From positions 3,210,001-3,242,000 of the forward strand of contig NC_003272.1 in NCBI RefSeq assembly GCF_000009705.1: a DNA stretch of 32,000 nt. Reading direction: 5' to 3'. The notes under the pieces are model-generated. The model made no database searches. It saw nothing but the letters and a program-made list of their open reading frames with translations, and was not told the origin of the DNA. Numbering within the stretch: the first letter of the stretch is position 1; every line of letters begins with the position of its first letter. A program made the position numbers and the translations under genes. Shown here piece after piece: positions 16,368 to 23,941 of the stretch. Source of the DNA: Nostoc sp. PCC 7120 = FACHB-418 (lineage in GTDB: Bacteria > Cyanobacteriota > Cyanobacteriia > Cyanobacteriales > Nostocaceae).

Positions 16368-17432
16368 ATGAACAAATTAGATGAAGATTGTCGTTACTGT
16401 TCTGTAGTTTCTAAAGCTAACCGGGAAGACCCCATTGGAACAGCCAGTACAGTAGATGAATGGTTACTGGTGGAAGTACCCCAACCTTGGAAAACCCATC
16501 TTTGGGAAGCAAAACCAGAATTTCAACCACTGCTGCAAGTTGTGGAGAAGTTAGCATCCCAACCTATACGATATTTTAAAACGCGACTTCTGGCGATCGC
16601 TCCCGATAAAACCTACACTAACCCAGAACTCGTTCACGTCTTTCATTACAAACGTCCCGCCAAGTTATTTGCTCAATACACCAAGCGGGAATATTTACTT
16701 CCCCACACCGAACTTGCACCCCTTACAGAAGCTTTATTATTCCAACCCCAGCAACTCATCCGCTTTCAGTCTTACCAGCAACCAACAGCACACATTCGAG
16801 AAATTATCATCTGTACCCATGCAAACTATGATCGAGCCTGCGGAAGATTTGGTTATCCTCTTTACCAACATTTACGCAAACAATATGCTACAGAAAACCT
16901 GCGCGTGTGGCAAACCAATCATTTTGGCGGACATCAATTTGCACCTACATTAATTGATTTCCCCCACGGACAAGTTTGGGGACATTTGGAGGTTGATATT
17001 TTAGATTGTTTAATTCATCGCCGAGGTGATGTTTCCCAGCTACGTCCTTTTTACCGTGGTTGGACAGGTTTGAGCAAATTCGAGCAAATTGCAGAGCGAG
17101 AAATTTGGATGCAGGTGGGGTGGGATTGGTTGAACTATGAAAAAACGGGACGTATTTTGGCGCAAGATGTGGGAGATATCAAAAAAAAGCTCCTGACAAC
17201 CATCTTAAAGCGTCTTCCTTGTCCCAAACTCAAGCTTCTAGTAGAACGCTGGAATGAACAAGCCACTTGGGTAAAATTGGCAATTAGCTATACCAGTAAA
17301 GACGATGATAATTGGGGTACATACACAGCCGTTGTCAAAAAAACCGGAACAGTCACTACCAAATTTAAATCCGGCGATGATGTACCCTTGGCGAGTGTGA
17401 GTCAGTATGGCGTTGAGGAGTTCGGGAAATAA
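16368..17432 (+). CDS. Sucrase/ferredoxin-like (thioredoxin-like [2Fe-2S]) family protein with Cx8C ... Hx3H motif
   Basis: The N-terminal CRYCSVVSKANREDPIGTASTVDEWLLVEVPQPW is typical of the Suc_Fer-like family. IIICTHANYDRACGRFGYPLY gives C-x8-C. NHFGGHQFAP gives H-x3-H. Confidence 0.7.
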   Translation: MNKLDEDCRYCSVVSKANREDPIGTASTVDEWLLVEVPQPWKTHLWEAKPEFQPLLQVVEKLASQPIRYFKTRLLAIAPDKTYTNPELVHVFHYKRPAKLFAQYTKREYLLPHTELAPLTEALLFQPQQLIRFQSYQQPTAHIREIIICTHANYDRACGRFGYPLYQHLRKQYATENLRVWQTNHFGGHQFAPTLIDFPHGQVWGHLEVDILDCLIHRRGDVSQLRPFYRGWTGLSKFEQIAEREIWMQVGWDWLNYEKTGRILAQDVGDIKKKLLTTILKRLPCPKLKLLVERWNEQATWVKLAISYTSKDDDNWGTYTAVVKKTGTVTTKFKSGDDVPLASVSQYGVEEFGK

Positions 17433-17471
17433 GAGACTGGGGAATTACGAATTAAAGGTTTGTAGTGAGGA

Positions 17472-17517
17472 CTTCAGTCCTCTCACAAGGACTAAAGTCC
17501 TCACTACGAACTAAATT
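17472..17517. terminator. Hairpin repeat between convergent genes (probable bidirectional terminator; common Nostocales-type GTAGTGAGGACT element)
   Basis: GTAGTGAGGACT (17472-17483) pairs with AGTCCTCACTAC (17506-17517). There is an inner AGTCCT/AGGACT pair, and ATTTTGGTTTT follows on the plus strand. The element is flanked by direct GAATTACGAATTAA copies at 17452-17465 and 17546-17559. Confidence 0.6.
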
Positions 17518-17559
17518 TTGGTTTTATCAGGTCTTTTTACTTAACGAATTACGAATTAA

Positions 17560-18540
17560 CTAAATTTGTTCCACACTTAAACCTGAAGCAATCACCGCTT
17601 GCTGACACAATTCTATGGAAGGATCACCGGCTATCACTCGTCGCTGCAAACGATGGGCGATCGCAATCATATCGGGTTGTGGCAACCAGGGAAAGACTAT
17701 CAACTCTCCTGGCTGAGAAAACATGGTAATTAGTTGCTCTAAGGTATTTGTTTGCAAGTCAGAGGGTTGGAGAACAATTAGTGTCTTTGCTTCCTCAATT
17801 AGCCACTCATGATCCCAGTCATCCTCGGTTACAGCTACGGCTAAAGCAATGGAAGGGATGTTAGCAAAAAACTCACTTGAGGCTGTGTCACCATGAAATA
17901 TTAAGTGTTGTTTACCTAACCGTAGCCATCGGCGGCTAAGTTCGGCAATGGTTTCTGGTATCGGTGGCGCGGTGATTGGTACTTCAACTATAGAGTTATT
18001 AACATCATGAGAATTGCTTTTGTCTATGGAGTTAGGTATGATAGCGATGATTTCTGACGTTGTAGTCAGAGGTAATTCTGTTTGTTCTGGAAGATTTTCT
18101 TGTTGATGCTTAATAGTTTGGACTAATTCTTTATGGGTGATGCGTTTACCAGCTTTAGCTTCTTCTATGTACTGTTCCCGCAAGTTTTCGGGTGTCGAAG
18201 GTGCAGCTAAAAGATAAAGGGCTGAGGTCGCAATGTCAATTTGTGCAAGATTTGCACGATTCCCAAAGGTTTCGTAGACATTAATGAAATTATAAGCTGT
18301 GCGGCGACTCCAACCGAATTCCGCTTTTAACCAAGTCTCAAACTGGCCATGCTTCAGTTGAGCGCGCACTTCTGCCAAACTTTGCCCAATTTCCCAAATA
18401 TCTTGAGCTGTCCGCCGTAACTGCTCTCTAATCTCGCTTGTACGTTGCTCAACTAGCGATCGCTGCTCTGGAGTGAGAATGCCATAATCAAAACTAGTCA
18501 CAATATTCTGTTTCGGATTCTTAGGCTTTGAATTAATCAT
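17560..18540 (-). CDS. DUF3102-family protein (N-terminal DUF3102-like helix bundle, uncharacterised C-terminal domain)
   Basis: The N-terminal EIGQSLAEVRAQLKHGQFETWLKAEFGWSRRTAYNFINVYETFG matches the DUF3102 pattern (HG.F..WL...F..S.R.A..F). The ATG is at 18540. Confidence 0.65.
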   Translation of the reverse strand: MINSKPKNPKQNIVTSFDYGILTPEQRSLVEQRTSEIREQLRRTAQDIWEIGQSLAEVRAQLKHGQFETWLKAEFGWSRRTAYNFINVYETFGNRANLAQIDIATSALYLLAAPSTPENLREQYIEEAKAGKRITHKELVQTIKHQQENLPEQTELPLTTTSEIIAIIPNSIDKSNSHDVNNSIVEVPITAPPIPETIAELSRRWLRLGKQHLIFHGDTASSEFFANIPSIALAVAVTEDDWDHEWLIEEAKTLIVLQPSDLQTNTLEQLITMFSQPGELIVFPWLPQPDMIAIAHRLQRRVIAGDPSIELCQQAVIASGLSVEQI

Positions 18541-19148
18541 AGTTATGGTTTTCTAGATCCATTGAGCAAAGAATTCAGTCACCTGAGATTGCTGGTAGAA
18601 CAAGCACAATGACGAGGTTATTTTAATCAGTTACAGATAATCCCTACGTTGGTAGACACACTATACGTCTAATTTTAGTGGAAAATGGGCAATTTATTGA
18701 ACTGAGACTGACAAATACTTTAACGTTAACCTAGCAATGCCTTGCTACGCATTGATTCCCAGATAGCTGGAGCTATTCTAACTGCTTTAAGATTCAACTC
18801 CCATACGCAAGATTACGTAATTTTAATGTTTGAGTTATTTTTTGCCAAATCTTGCTGTCAATATTGTGAGTAAATATCGGGATATTGCTGTTATCTCAGG
18901 TAACAACAAAAAGACTTGACAAAGTATCCCATTTATTGATTTATTGAGAATAATTATTAAAAGAGTTAAGTGGTTAATAAAAATGTCAATGTGTATTTTG
19001 TGGTATCAGGGGCAGATATATTTTGGTGGATATCTTTAACCTAGACGCAGGCTTGATTTTCCATTTGCGATCGCTCAGTTAAAAAGCACTGTAATAAATT
19101 ACGTGCATACACAATATTTTCACTATCTGAAGCCATGCGAGCTAATTT

Positions 19149-19889
19149 ATGAAAACTCCGTTGCTACCGTCGGTAAATAGTTCATTGTTAGAAGTTGACC
19201 ATATTTTTATCTGTGTTGAGACAGCACCGGAACTAGAGTTTTTTGCTAAACAGGGACTAACTGTTGCTAACACTCCTGTCAAACAACCTGATAGAGGTAC
19301 AGCCTCATATATTATTTTTTTTGATAATTTTTATATAGAATTTATCTGGATTGAGGATGAAGTCGCCGCAGAAATTTATGCAGTGCGTACAGGTATAGAT
19401 TTTTTAGCCAGATGTCTACGAAGGACTGCACCTAAGCACTTTCATGACACGAAAATTTCTCCTTTTGGGATTGCACTACGTCAGCAATCTCAGACAAAAC
19501 GTCCCCTAGAAGACTATGAATTTAGTTACTCACCACCGGGACGTTCAGAATTATTGCTAAGTTTTTCTAGTGATAATTTAGTAAATCAAACAGAACCCCT
19601 GTGTTTTTTAATTCCTGATGCCATATCTCTACCTAGACTCAAAAGAAACTTTCCTAACTTGCAACATCAGTGGATGTCTCATGCTTTGGGGTTGAAAAAG
19701 ATGACAGGGATTGAGATTAGTGCTGCTTGTGGGAATACTTTAACTCAACCTCTAGCACTGTTATCCCAAGACGGAGTGGTACAAATTGACTCTGGTTGTC
19801 CATCTATCCAGTTGACTTTTGATAATCGGGTGCAAAGAGGTGTGATAGATGCGCGAAAAATAGATATTCCTCTGGTATTAAAGTTTTAG
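19149..19889 (+). CDS. Glyoxalase-like (VOC superfamily, Glyoxalase_3-type) protein
   Basis: LEVDHIFICVETAPELEFFAKQGL ... RGTASYIIFFDNFYIEFIWIEDE resembles the LDH.F.......PE...L...GL....H.GQGT....FF.N.YLEL.W pattern of glyoxalase-like domain proteins. Confidence 0.5.
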   Translation: MKTPLLPSVNSSLLEVDHIFICVETAPELEFFAKQGLTVANTPVKQPDRGTASYIIFFDNFYIEFIWIEDEVAAEIYAVRTGIDFLARCLRRTAPKHFHDTKISPFGIALRQQSQTKRPLEDYEFSYSPPGRSELLLSFSSDNLVNQTEPLCFLIPDAISLPRLKRNFPNLQHQWMSHALGLKKMTGIEISAACGNTLTQPLALLSQDGVVQIDSGCPSIQLTFDNRVQRGVIDARKIDIPLVLKF

Positions 19890-19902
19890 GCACAAAAATC
19901 TC

Positions 19903-21645
19903 ATGAATTTGGGGAATCCTCAAATCTGGCAGCAATTTTGGCAAATTATTCAACCATACTGGTTATATCGTTGGCGAGGGGATGCGATCGCCCAATTAAT
20001 CATGCTGGTGATTTTATCCTTGGGAAGTAGTTATTTCATCATTTTTGAGATTCTCCAACGCGGAGAAATCACTTCTTCCTTAGCCGCACAGAATTTTAAT
20101 CGGTTCTACCAGACCTTTTGGTTTTTTAGCGGCGTTGTTATTATTAACGTTATATTTATCTCTCTCAAAAACTATATCCAAGCCCAAATCAGCCTTGATT
20201 GGCGAAAATGGCTGACATCTGACTATTTCCAGCAATATTTTGCCAAACAATCCTTTTATCAATTGCAGGTTAACGCTGAGATTGATAATCCAGATCAACG
20301 TTTGGCGGAAGATATCAAAAATGTCACCCAAAGATTAGTAGCACTATTTGTAATTTTTCTTGATTCTTTAGTACAGCTAATAGGTTTTATTGGTGTACTG
20401 TGGCTGATTTCTCCCTTCCTGATGTACTCCTTGGTGACCTACGCTGTAGTCGGTACACTGGTGACAACGCTGGTGTTTGGGAAAGTTTTAGTCGGAATTA
20501 ACTTAGAGCAAATCAAGCGGGAAGCGGATTTTCGCTATGGTTTAGTCAGAGTCAGAGAAAATGCAGAAGCGATCGCATTCTACAACGGACAAACCCAGGA
20601 ATCACAACAACTCAAACAGAGATTTAGTCAAGTATTTGCCAATATTAAGCGTTTAATTAGCTGGCAATTTCGGCTGAATGTCTTCCAAAACGGCTATCAG
20701 TTTCTTACCTTCATCCTACCCTTTTTGATATTAGCTCCCCGAATTTTCTCCCGTGAATTAGAAATAGGTGCAGTCACCCAATCCCAAGCAGCCTTTGAGC
20801 GAGTCGGGTTAGCACTGGGATTAATTATTACTCAATTCAATCAAATTACTACTTTAGCAGCCGGAGTTGAGCGACTTTCAGAACTAGGTAAGGCAATGCA
20901 AACAGAGGCACAAGGGAAAATTAAGTTTGCGGAAAATACAGAGATTAATATTAAAAATTTAACACTAGAAATTCCCGAAAGAGGCAACTTAATTCAAGAT
21001 ATATCTTTGAGTGTCAAACCAGGGGAATCATTAATAATTGTCGGGGAGAGTGGCGTAGGAAAGACATCATTATTGAGAGCGATCGCTGGGCTATGGTTAC
21101 ATGGAGAAGGCATAATTGAGCGTCCAGCTAATGATAGTTTGTTATTTCTCCCCCAACGTCCCTACATCACTTGGGGAAGCTTGCGACAACAATTAACCTA
21201 TCCCCAAACAACAACGAACATTCCCTCTGAAATCCTCCTCAAAACCCTCCAACAAGTACACCTACCCGACTTAGCCCAAAGCCACGGAGGCTTAGACACA
21301 GTAATTGATTGGTCAAGAGTATTATCATTAGGAGAACAACAAAGACTAGCCTTTGCCAGATTGCTCTTAATTCAACCAAAATACGCCATTTTAGACGAGT
21401 CAACAAGTGCGCTAGATGAAGAAACCGAAGCCAGTTTATATCAACAACTGCAACAAACATCAATCACCTATATCAGCGTCGGACATCGCAACACATTATT
21501 AAACTATCATCAAATGGTTTTAGAACTAGCACAGCAAAACTGGCAATTATTACCTATAGATAATTTTTGTTTCGCGCAAAGGCGCATTCGCCCTTGGCGT
21601 TCCCGCAGGGTAGACGCAAAGGATTCTCCGCGCCCCTTTGCGTGA
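19903..21645 (+). CDS. ABC half-transporter, fused permease/ATPase of the ABCD / SbmA-BacA type
   Basis: N-terminal membrane domain of about 330 aa. Walker A is GESGVGKTS, the signature is LSLGEQQRLAFARLLL, and Walker B is AILDESTSALD. It starts 13 bp after the upstream gene. The last ~24 codons (FAQRRIRPWRSRRVDAKDSPRPFA) are read from a dispersed repeat. Confidence 0.85.
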   Translation: MNLGNPQIWQQFWQIIQPYWLYRWRGDAIAQLIMLVILSLGSSYFIIFEILQRGEITSSLAAQNFNRFYQTFWFFSGVVIINVIFISLKNYIQAQISLDWRKWLTSDYFQQYFAKQSFYQLQVNAEIDNPDQRLAEDIKNVTQRLVALFVIFLDSLVQLIGFIGVLWLISPFLMYSLVTYAVVGTLVTTLVFGKVLVGINLEQIKREADFRYGLVRVRENAEAIAFYNGQTQESQQLKQRFSQVFANIKRLISWQFRLNVFQNGYQFLTFILPFLILAPRIFSRELEIGAVTQSQAAFERVGLALGLIITQFNQITTLAAGVERLSELGKAMQTEAQGKIKFAENTEINIKNLTLEIPERGNLIQDISLSVKPGESLIIVGESGVGKTSLLRAIAGLWLHGEGIIERPANDSLLFLPQRPYITWGSLRQQLTYPQTTTNIPSEILLKTLQQVHLPDLAQSHGGLDTVIDWSRVLSLGEQQRLAFARLLLIQPKYAILDESTSALDEETEASLYQQLQQTSITYISVGHRNTLLNYHQMVLELAQQNWQLLPIDNFCFAQRRIRPWRSRRVDAKDSPRPFA

Positions 21646-21670
21646 ACTCCGCGCTCCTCTGCGTTTAAAA
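21573..21670 (+). repeat. Dispersed ~100-bp repeat (family A, copy 1), MITE-like
   Basis: CGCATTCGCCCTTGGCGTTCCCGCAGGGTAGACGCAAAGGATTCTCCGCGCCCCTTTGCGT is shared with the reverse complement of 28532-28643 (CGCATTCGCCCTT...GGCGTTCCCACAGGGTAGGCGCAAAGACTC...TCTCCGCGCCCCTCTGCGT). Confidence 0.7.
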
Positions 21671-21688
21671 CTCCCCTAAATCAGTAAC

Positions 21689-21756
21689 GTAGGGTGTGTG
21701 ACGGCAACGATAAGATTTAAAACATCACGCATATATTCAACTTGCCGTCACGCACC
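21689..21756 (+). repeat. 68-bp hairpin element (family B, copy 1)
   Basis: GTAGGGTGTGTGACGGCAA ... TTGCCGTCACGCACC. The termini form a 15-bp inverted repeat with one mismatch. It is homologous to 23942-24008. Confidence 0.7.
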
Positions 21757-21767
21757 AAGCAAACATA

Positions 21768-22795
21768 ACGCCATGTGCGACTTAATATTCTGTAACAAGA
21801 TCGTCGAACTGAAGAGGGTCACAATTGTGGCGATTAAGCCAGAAACAGACGGTATGAGCTAAAATCTTGCGATTGAGACGACTGGTAAGATGCCACATAT
21901 CTCTCGCTCGAATCTTCTCTATATGAAATCTCTCAACTAATTGACCAATTACTGTTTCAATTAGGCGACGAAAGCGTTGCATTAATCGCACTGAAGATCG
22001 GCTACGAGAGTCAGACATATTAGAACGCAAAGGGGTTTGTAAAGTAATACCCACTTCTTTAAGTTCTCCTGACAAGAACTGACTTAAATAGCCCTTATCT
22101 CCGATTAATAAACCTTTAATTCGCGTGATTAAATCCCAAAGTGCGTCCCGTTCACTGCCATTTGCCGGAGTCAGGGTAAATCCACTAATAACTCCTGTGC
22201 CACTAACGATTAAATGCCCATGAAACCCATAGTACGTCTGTTTTTTAGCAGCACAAAAACCATAATCTGCAAGGGATTTAAAACTTCGGCAGTTGGGAGC
22301 GCGACTCAAGCCACACAAAGGTATTGGTAATCCATCAATCAAATGAAGTTGATCAGAGTATGCTCCTAAATACTGTGCTAATTTTTGTTGTATGAGTTCC
22401 TTGTACTGCCAACAATTAGCTGCTTGACGAATAAAAGCATAGCGACTCTTTAACTGAGGAAATAGCCCTAACCAGTGACGGTGAAAGTATTTCCAAATGT
22501 CTTTGTCAGCATCTATTCCCAAAAACTCTGCCACTACTTCCATTGTTAAAACTTCACTCTCCCTTAAACTCGGAGCAAAACCTCGTCTCTTGATTGGGTA
22601 TATCTGGGTGATTTCCATCCGCACGTCGTCAACACAGCAAAATACGGCAATGATAAACTCTTCAATAGAAAACATTTTTCCCGCATTCCATTCACTGGTA
22701 ACGATTTTCTCGCTCCAGTGCGGATTGTGGGAATTTTCTTTTCAATCGTTCATACACCTCAATTGTGTAACGAAACAATAAGTCGCACATCGCGT
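21768..22795 (-). mobile_element. IS982-family insertion sequence, apparently intact (1028 bp)
   Basis: Terminal inverted repeats ACGCCATGTGCGACTTA (21768-21784) and TAAGTCGCACATCGCGT (22779-22795) match at 16 of 17 positions. Flanking 6-bp direct repeats AACATA sit at 21762-21767 and 22796-22801. A single transposase ORF lies inside. Confidence 0.8.
21782..22675 (-). CDS. IS982-family DDE transposase
   Basis: 297 aa. Starts MFSIEEFIIAVFCCVDD and contains LIDGLPIPLCGLSRAPNCRSFKSLADYGFCAAKKQTYYGFHGHLIVSGTGVISGFTLTPANGSERDAL ... LIGDKGY, which is typical of IS982 transposases. Confidence 0.8.
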   Translation of the reverse strand: MFSIEEFIIAVFCCVDDVRMEITQIYPIKRRGFAPSLRESEVLTMEVVAEFLGIDADKDIWKYFHRHWLGLFPQLKSRYAFIRQAANCWQYKELIQQKLAQYLGAYSDQLHLIDGLPIPLCGLSRAPNCRSFKSLADYGFCAAKKQTYYGFHGHLIVSGTGVISGFTLTPANGSERDALWDLITRIKGLLIGDKGYLSQFLSGELKEVGITLQTPLRSNMSDSRSRSSVRLMQRFRRLIETVIGQLVERFHIEKIRARDMWHLTSRLNRKILAHTVCFWLNRHNCDPLQFDDLVTEY

Positions 22796-22856
22796 AACAT
22801 AGGTAATATCAATCATGATAAAATCACCCTAGCCGAAAATCACCTAAAACCTCTGC

Positions 22857-23657
22857 GTGAAAACCGACAGCATATTTTATCGCCTATTTCAACAATTCCC
22901 CAGCATCTTCTTTGAACTCATTGACAACCCTCCCGAAACTGCCAACATCTATCAATTTGCTTCCGTAGAAATCAAACAAACAGCCTTTAGAATTGATGGT
23001 GTATTTCTCCCCATCCAAGATGAAACTAAACCTATTTATTTTGTAGAAGTCCAATTTCAAGCAGATGTAGATATTTACCTGCGTCTGATTTCCGAAATTA
23101 CCCTATACTTACGCCAAAACAAACGCCAAAATCCTTGGCGGGGAGTAGTAATTTATCCTTACAGACAGATAGATACAGCCGAAAAAGCAGATTTCCTAGA
23201 ATTATTTGAGAGTCAACGTATCAAGATAATCTACTTAAATGAACTAGGTGAAGCTGGATCACTACCCATAGGCATTGCTACGATAAAATTAGTAATTGAG
23301 GCGGAAGATACAGCCATTAACACGGCTAAGGAATTAATCAACCGCACCCAACAAGCACAAAATTTGCAACTGCCACAACAACAGTTACTAGAATTAATAG
23401 AGACAATCTTAGTTTATAAATTTCCCCAAATGAGTCGCCAGGAGATAGAAGCAATGTTTGGTTTAAGTGAGTTAAAGCAAACGCGAGTTTATCAAGAAGC
23501 TAAAGAGGAAGGCAAACTAGAAGGTGAACAGGAAGGTAAACAAAAAGCCAAATTAGAAGCTATACCTAAACTGTTAGCACTGGGTTTAACCGTGGAACAA
23601 ATAGCACAGGCATTAGATTTAGATGTTACAGAAGTCCAGCAAGTAGCAGGTTTATAA
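22857..23657 (+). CDS. Rpn-family recombination-promoting nuclease / putative transposase (PD-(D/E)XK; cyanobacterial DUF4351-tailed type)
   Basis: GTG start. MKTDSIFYRLFQQFPSIFFELIDNPPETANIYQFASVEIKQTAFRIDGVFLP ... PIYFVEVQFQADVDIYLRL ... WRGVVIYPYR is the family-typical N-terminal nuclease core. The C-terminal tail is EAKEEGKLEGEQEGKQKAKLEAIPKLLALGLTVEQIAQALDLD. Confidence 0.8.
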   Translation: MKTDSIFYRLFQQFPSIFFELIDNPPETANIYQFASVEIKQTAFRIDGVFLPIQDETKPIYFVEVQFQADVDIYLRLISEITLYLRQNKRQNPWRGVVIYPYRQIDTAEKADFLELFESQRIKIIYLNELGEAGSLPIGIATIKLVIEAEDTAINTAKELINRTQQAQNLQLPQQQLLELIETILVYKFPQMSRQEIEAMFGLSELKQTRVYQEAKEEGKLEGEQEGKQKAKLEAIPKLLALGLTVEQIAQALDLDVTEVQQVAGL

Positions 23658-23913
23658 ATTTCCGCAAATGAGTCGCCAGGAGATAGAAGCAATGTTTGGT
23701 TTAAGTGAGTTAAAGCAAACACGGGTTTATCAAGAAGCTAAAGAGGAAGGCAAACTAGAAGGCAAACTAGAAGGTGAACAGGAAGGTAAACAAAAAGCCA
23801 AATTAGAAGCTGTACCTAAACTGTTAGCACTGGGTTTAACTGTAGAACAAATAGCACAGGCTTTAGATTTAGATACTGCACAAGTCCAAGAGTTAGCACA
23901 ACAAGAGCGATAA
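23412..23913 (+). repeat. Tandem duplication of the Rpn gene 3' end (unit 238 bp; second copy has a 12-bp insertion and a different 3' end)
   Basis: GTTTATAAATTTCC(C/G)CAAATGAGTCGCCAGGAGATAGAAGCAATGTTTGGTTTAAGTGAGTTAAAGCAAAC occurs starting at 23412 and again at 23650. Confidence 0.9.
23668..23913 (+). CDS. Free-standing Rpn C-terminal-domain (DUF4351-like) mini-protein, 81 aa
   Basis: MSRQEIEAMFGLSELKQTRVYQEAKEEGKLEGKLEGEQEGKQKAKLEAVPKLLALGLTVEQIAQALDLD is almost identical to residues 192-260 of the upstream Rpn ORF. The nucleotide differences are mostly synonymous. The ORF has its own ATG and stop. Confidence 0.6.
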   Translation: MSRQEIEAMFGLSELKQTRVYQEAKEEGKLEGKLEGEQEGKQKAKLEAVPKLLALGLTVEQIAQALDLDTAQVQELAQQER

Positions 23914-23941
23914 CTTCTCTTTGCTACACAAAGCTAGAGCA

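Noticed and set aside
15138-16953. Nested or alternative-frame ORFs 15138-15440, 15683-15868, 15905-16270 and 16669-16953.
   Set aside because: Each overlaps a longer ORF that has clear family motifs or membrane-protein character, and they have no features of their own.
19903-21645. Either ABC transporter in the window (19903-21645, or 26675-28524) as the cognate type I secretion system for the RTX proteins.
   Set aside because: The first is an ABCD/SbmA-like half-transporter and the second is an ABC-2 type pump with a separate ATPase. Neither is of the HlyB type, and no membrane-fusion or TolC-like partner gene is present.
20080-23722. Antisense or overlapping ORFs 20080-20331, 21239-21463, 22497-22781, 22718-22915 and 23492-23722.
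   Set aside because: They are antisense to the ABC transporter, the IS982 transposase or the Rpn gene, or they span the IS end. None has an independent signal.
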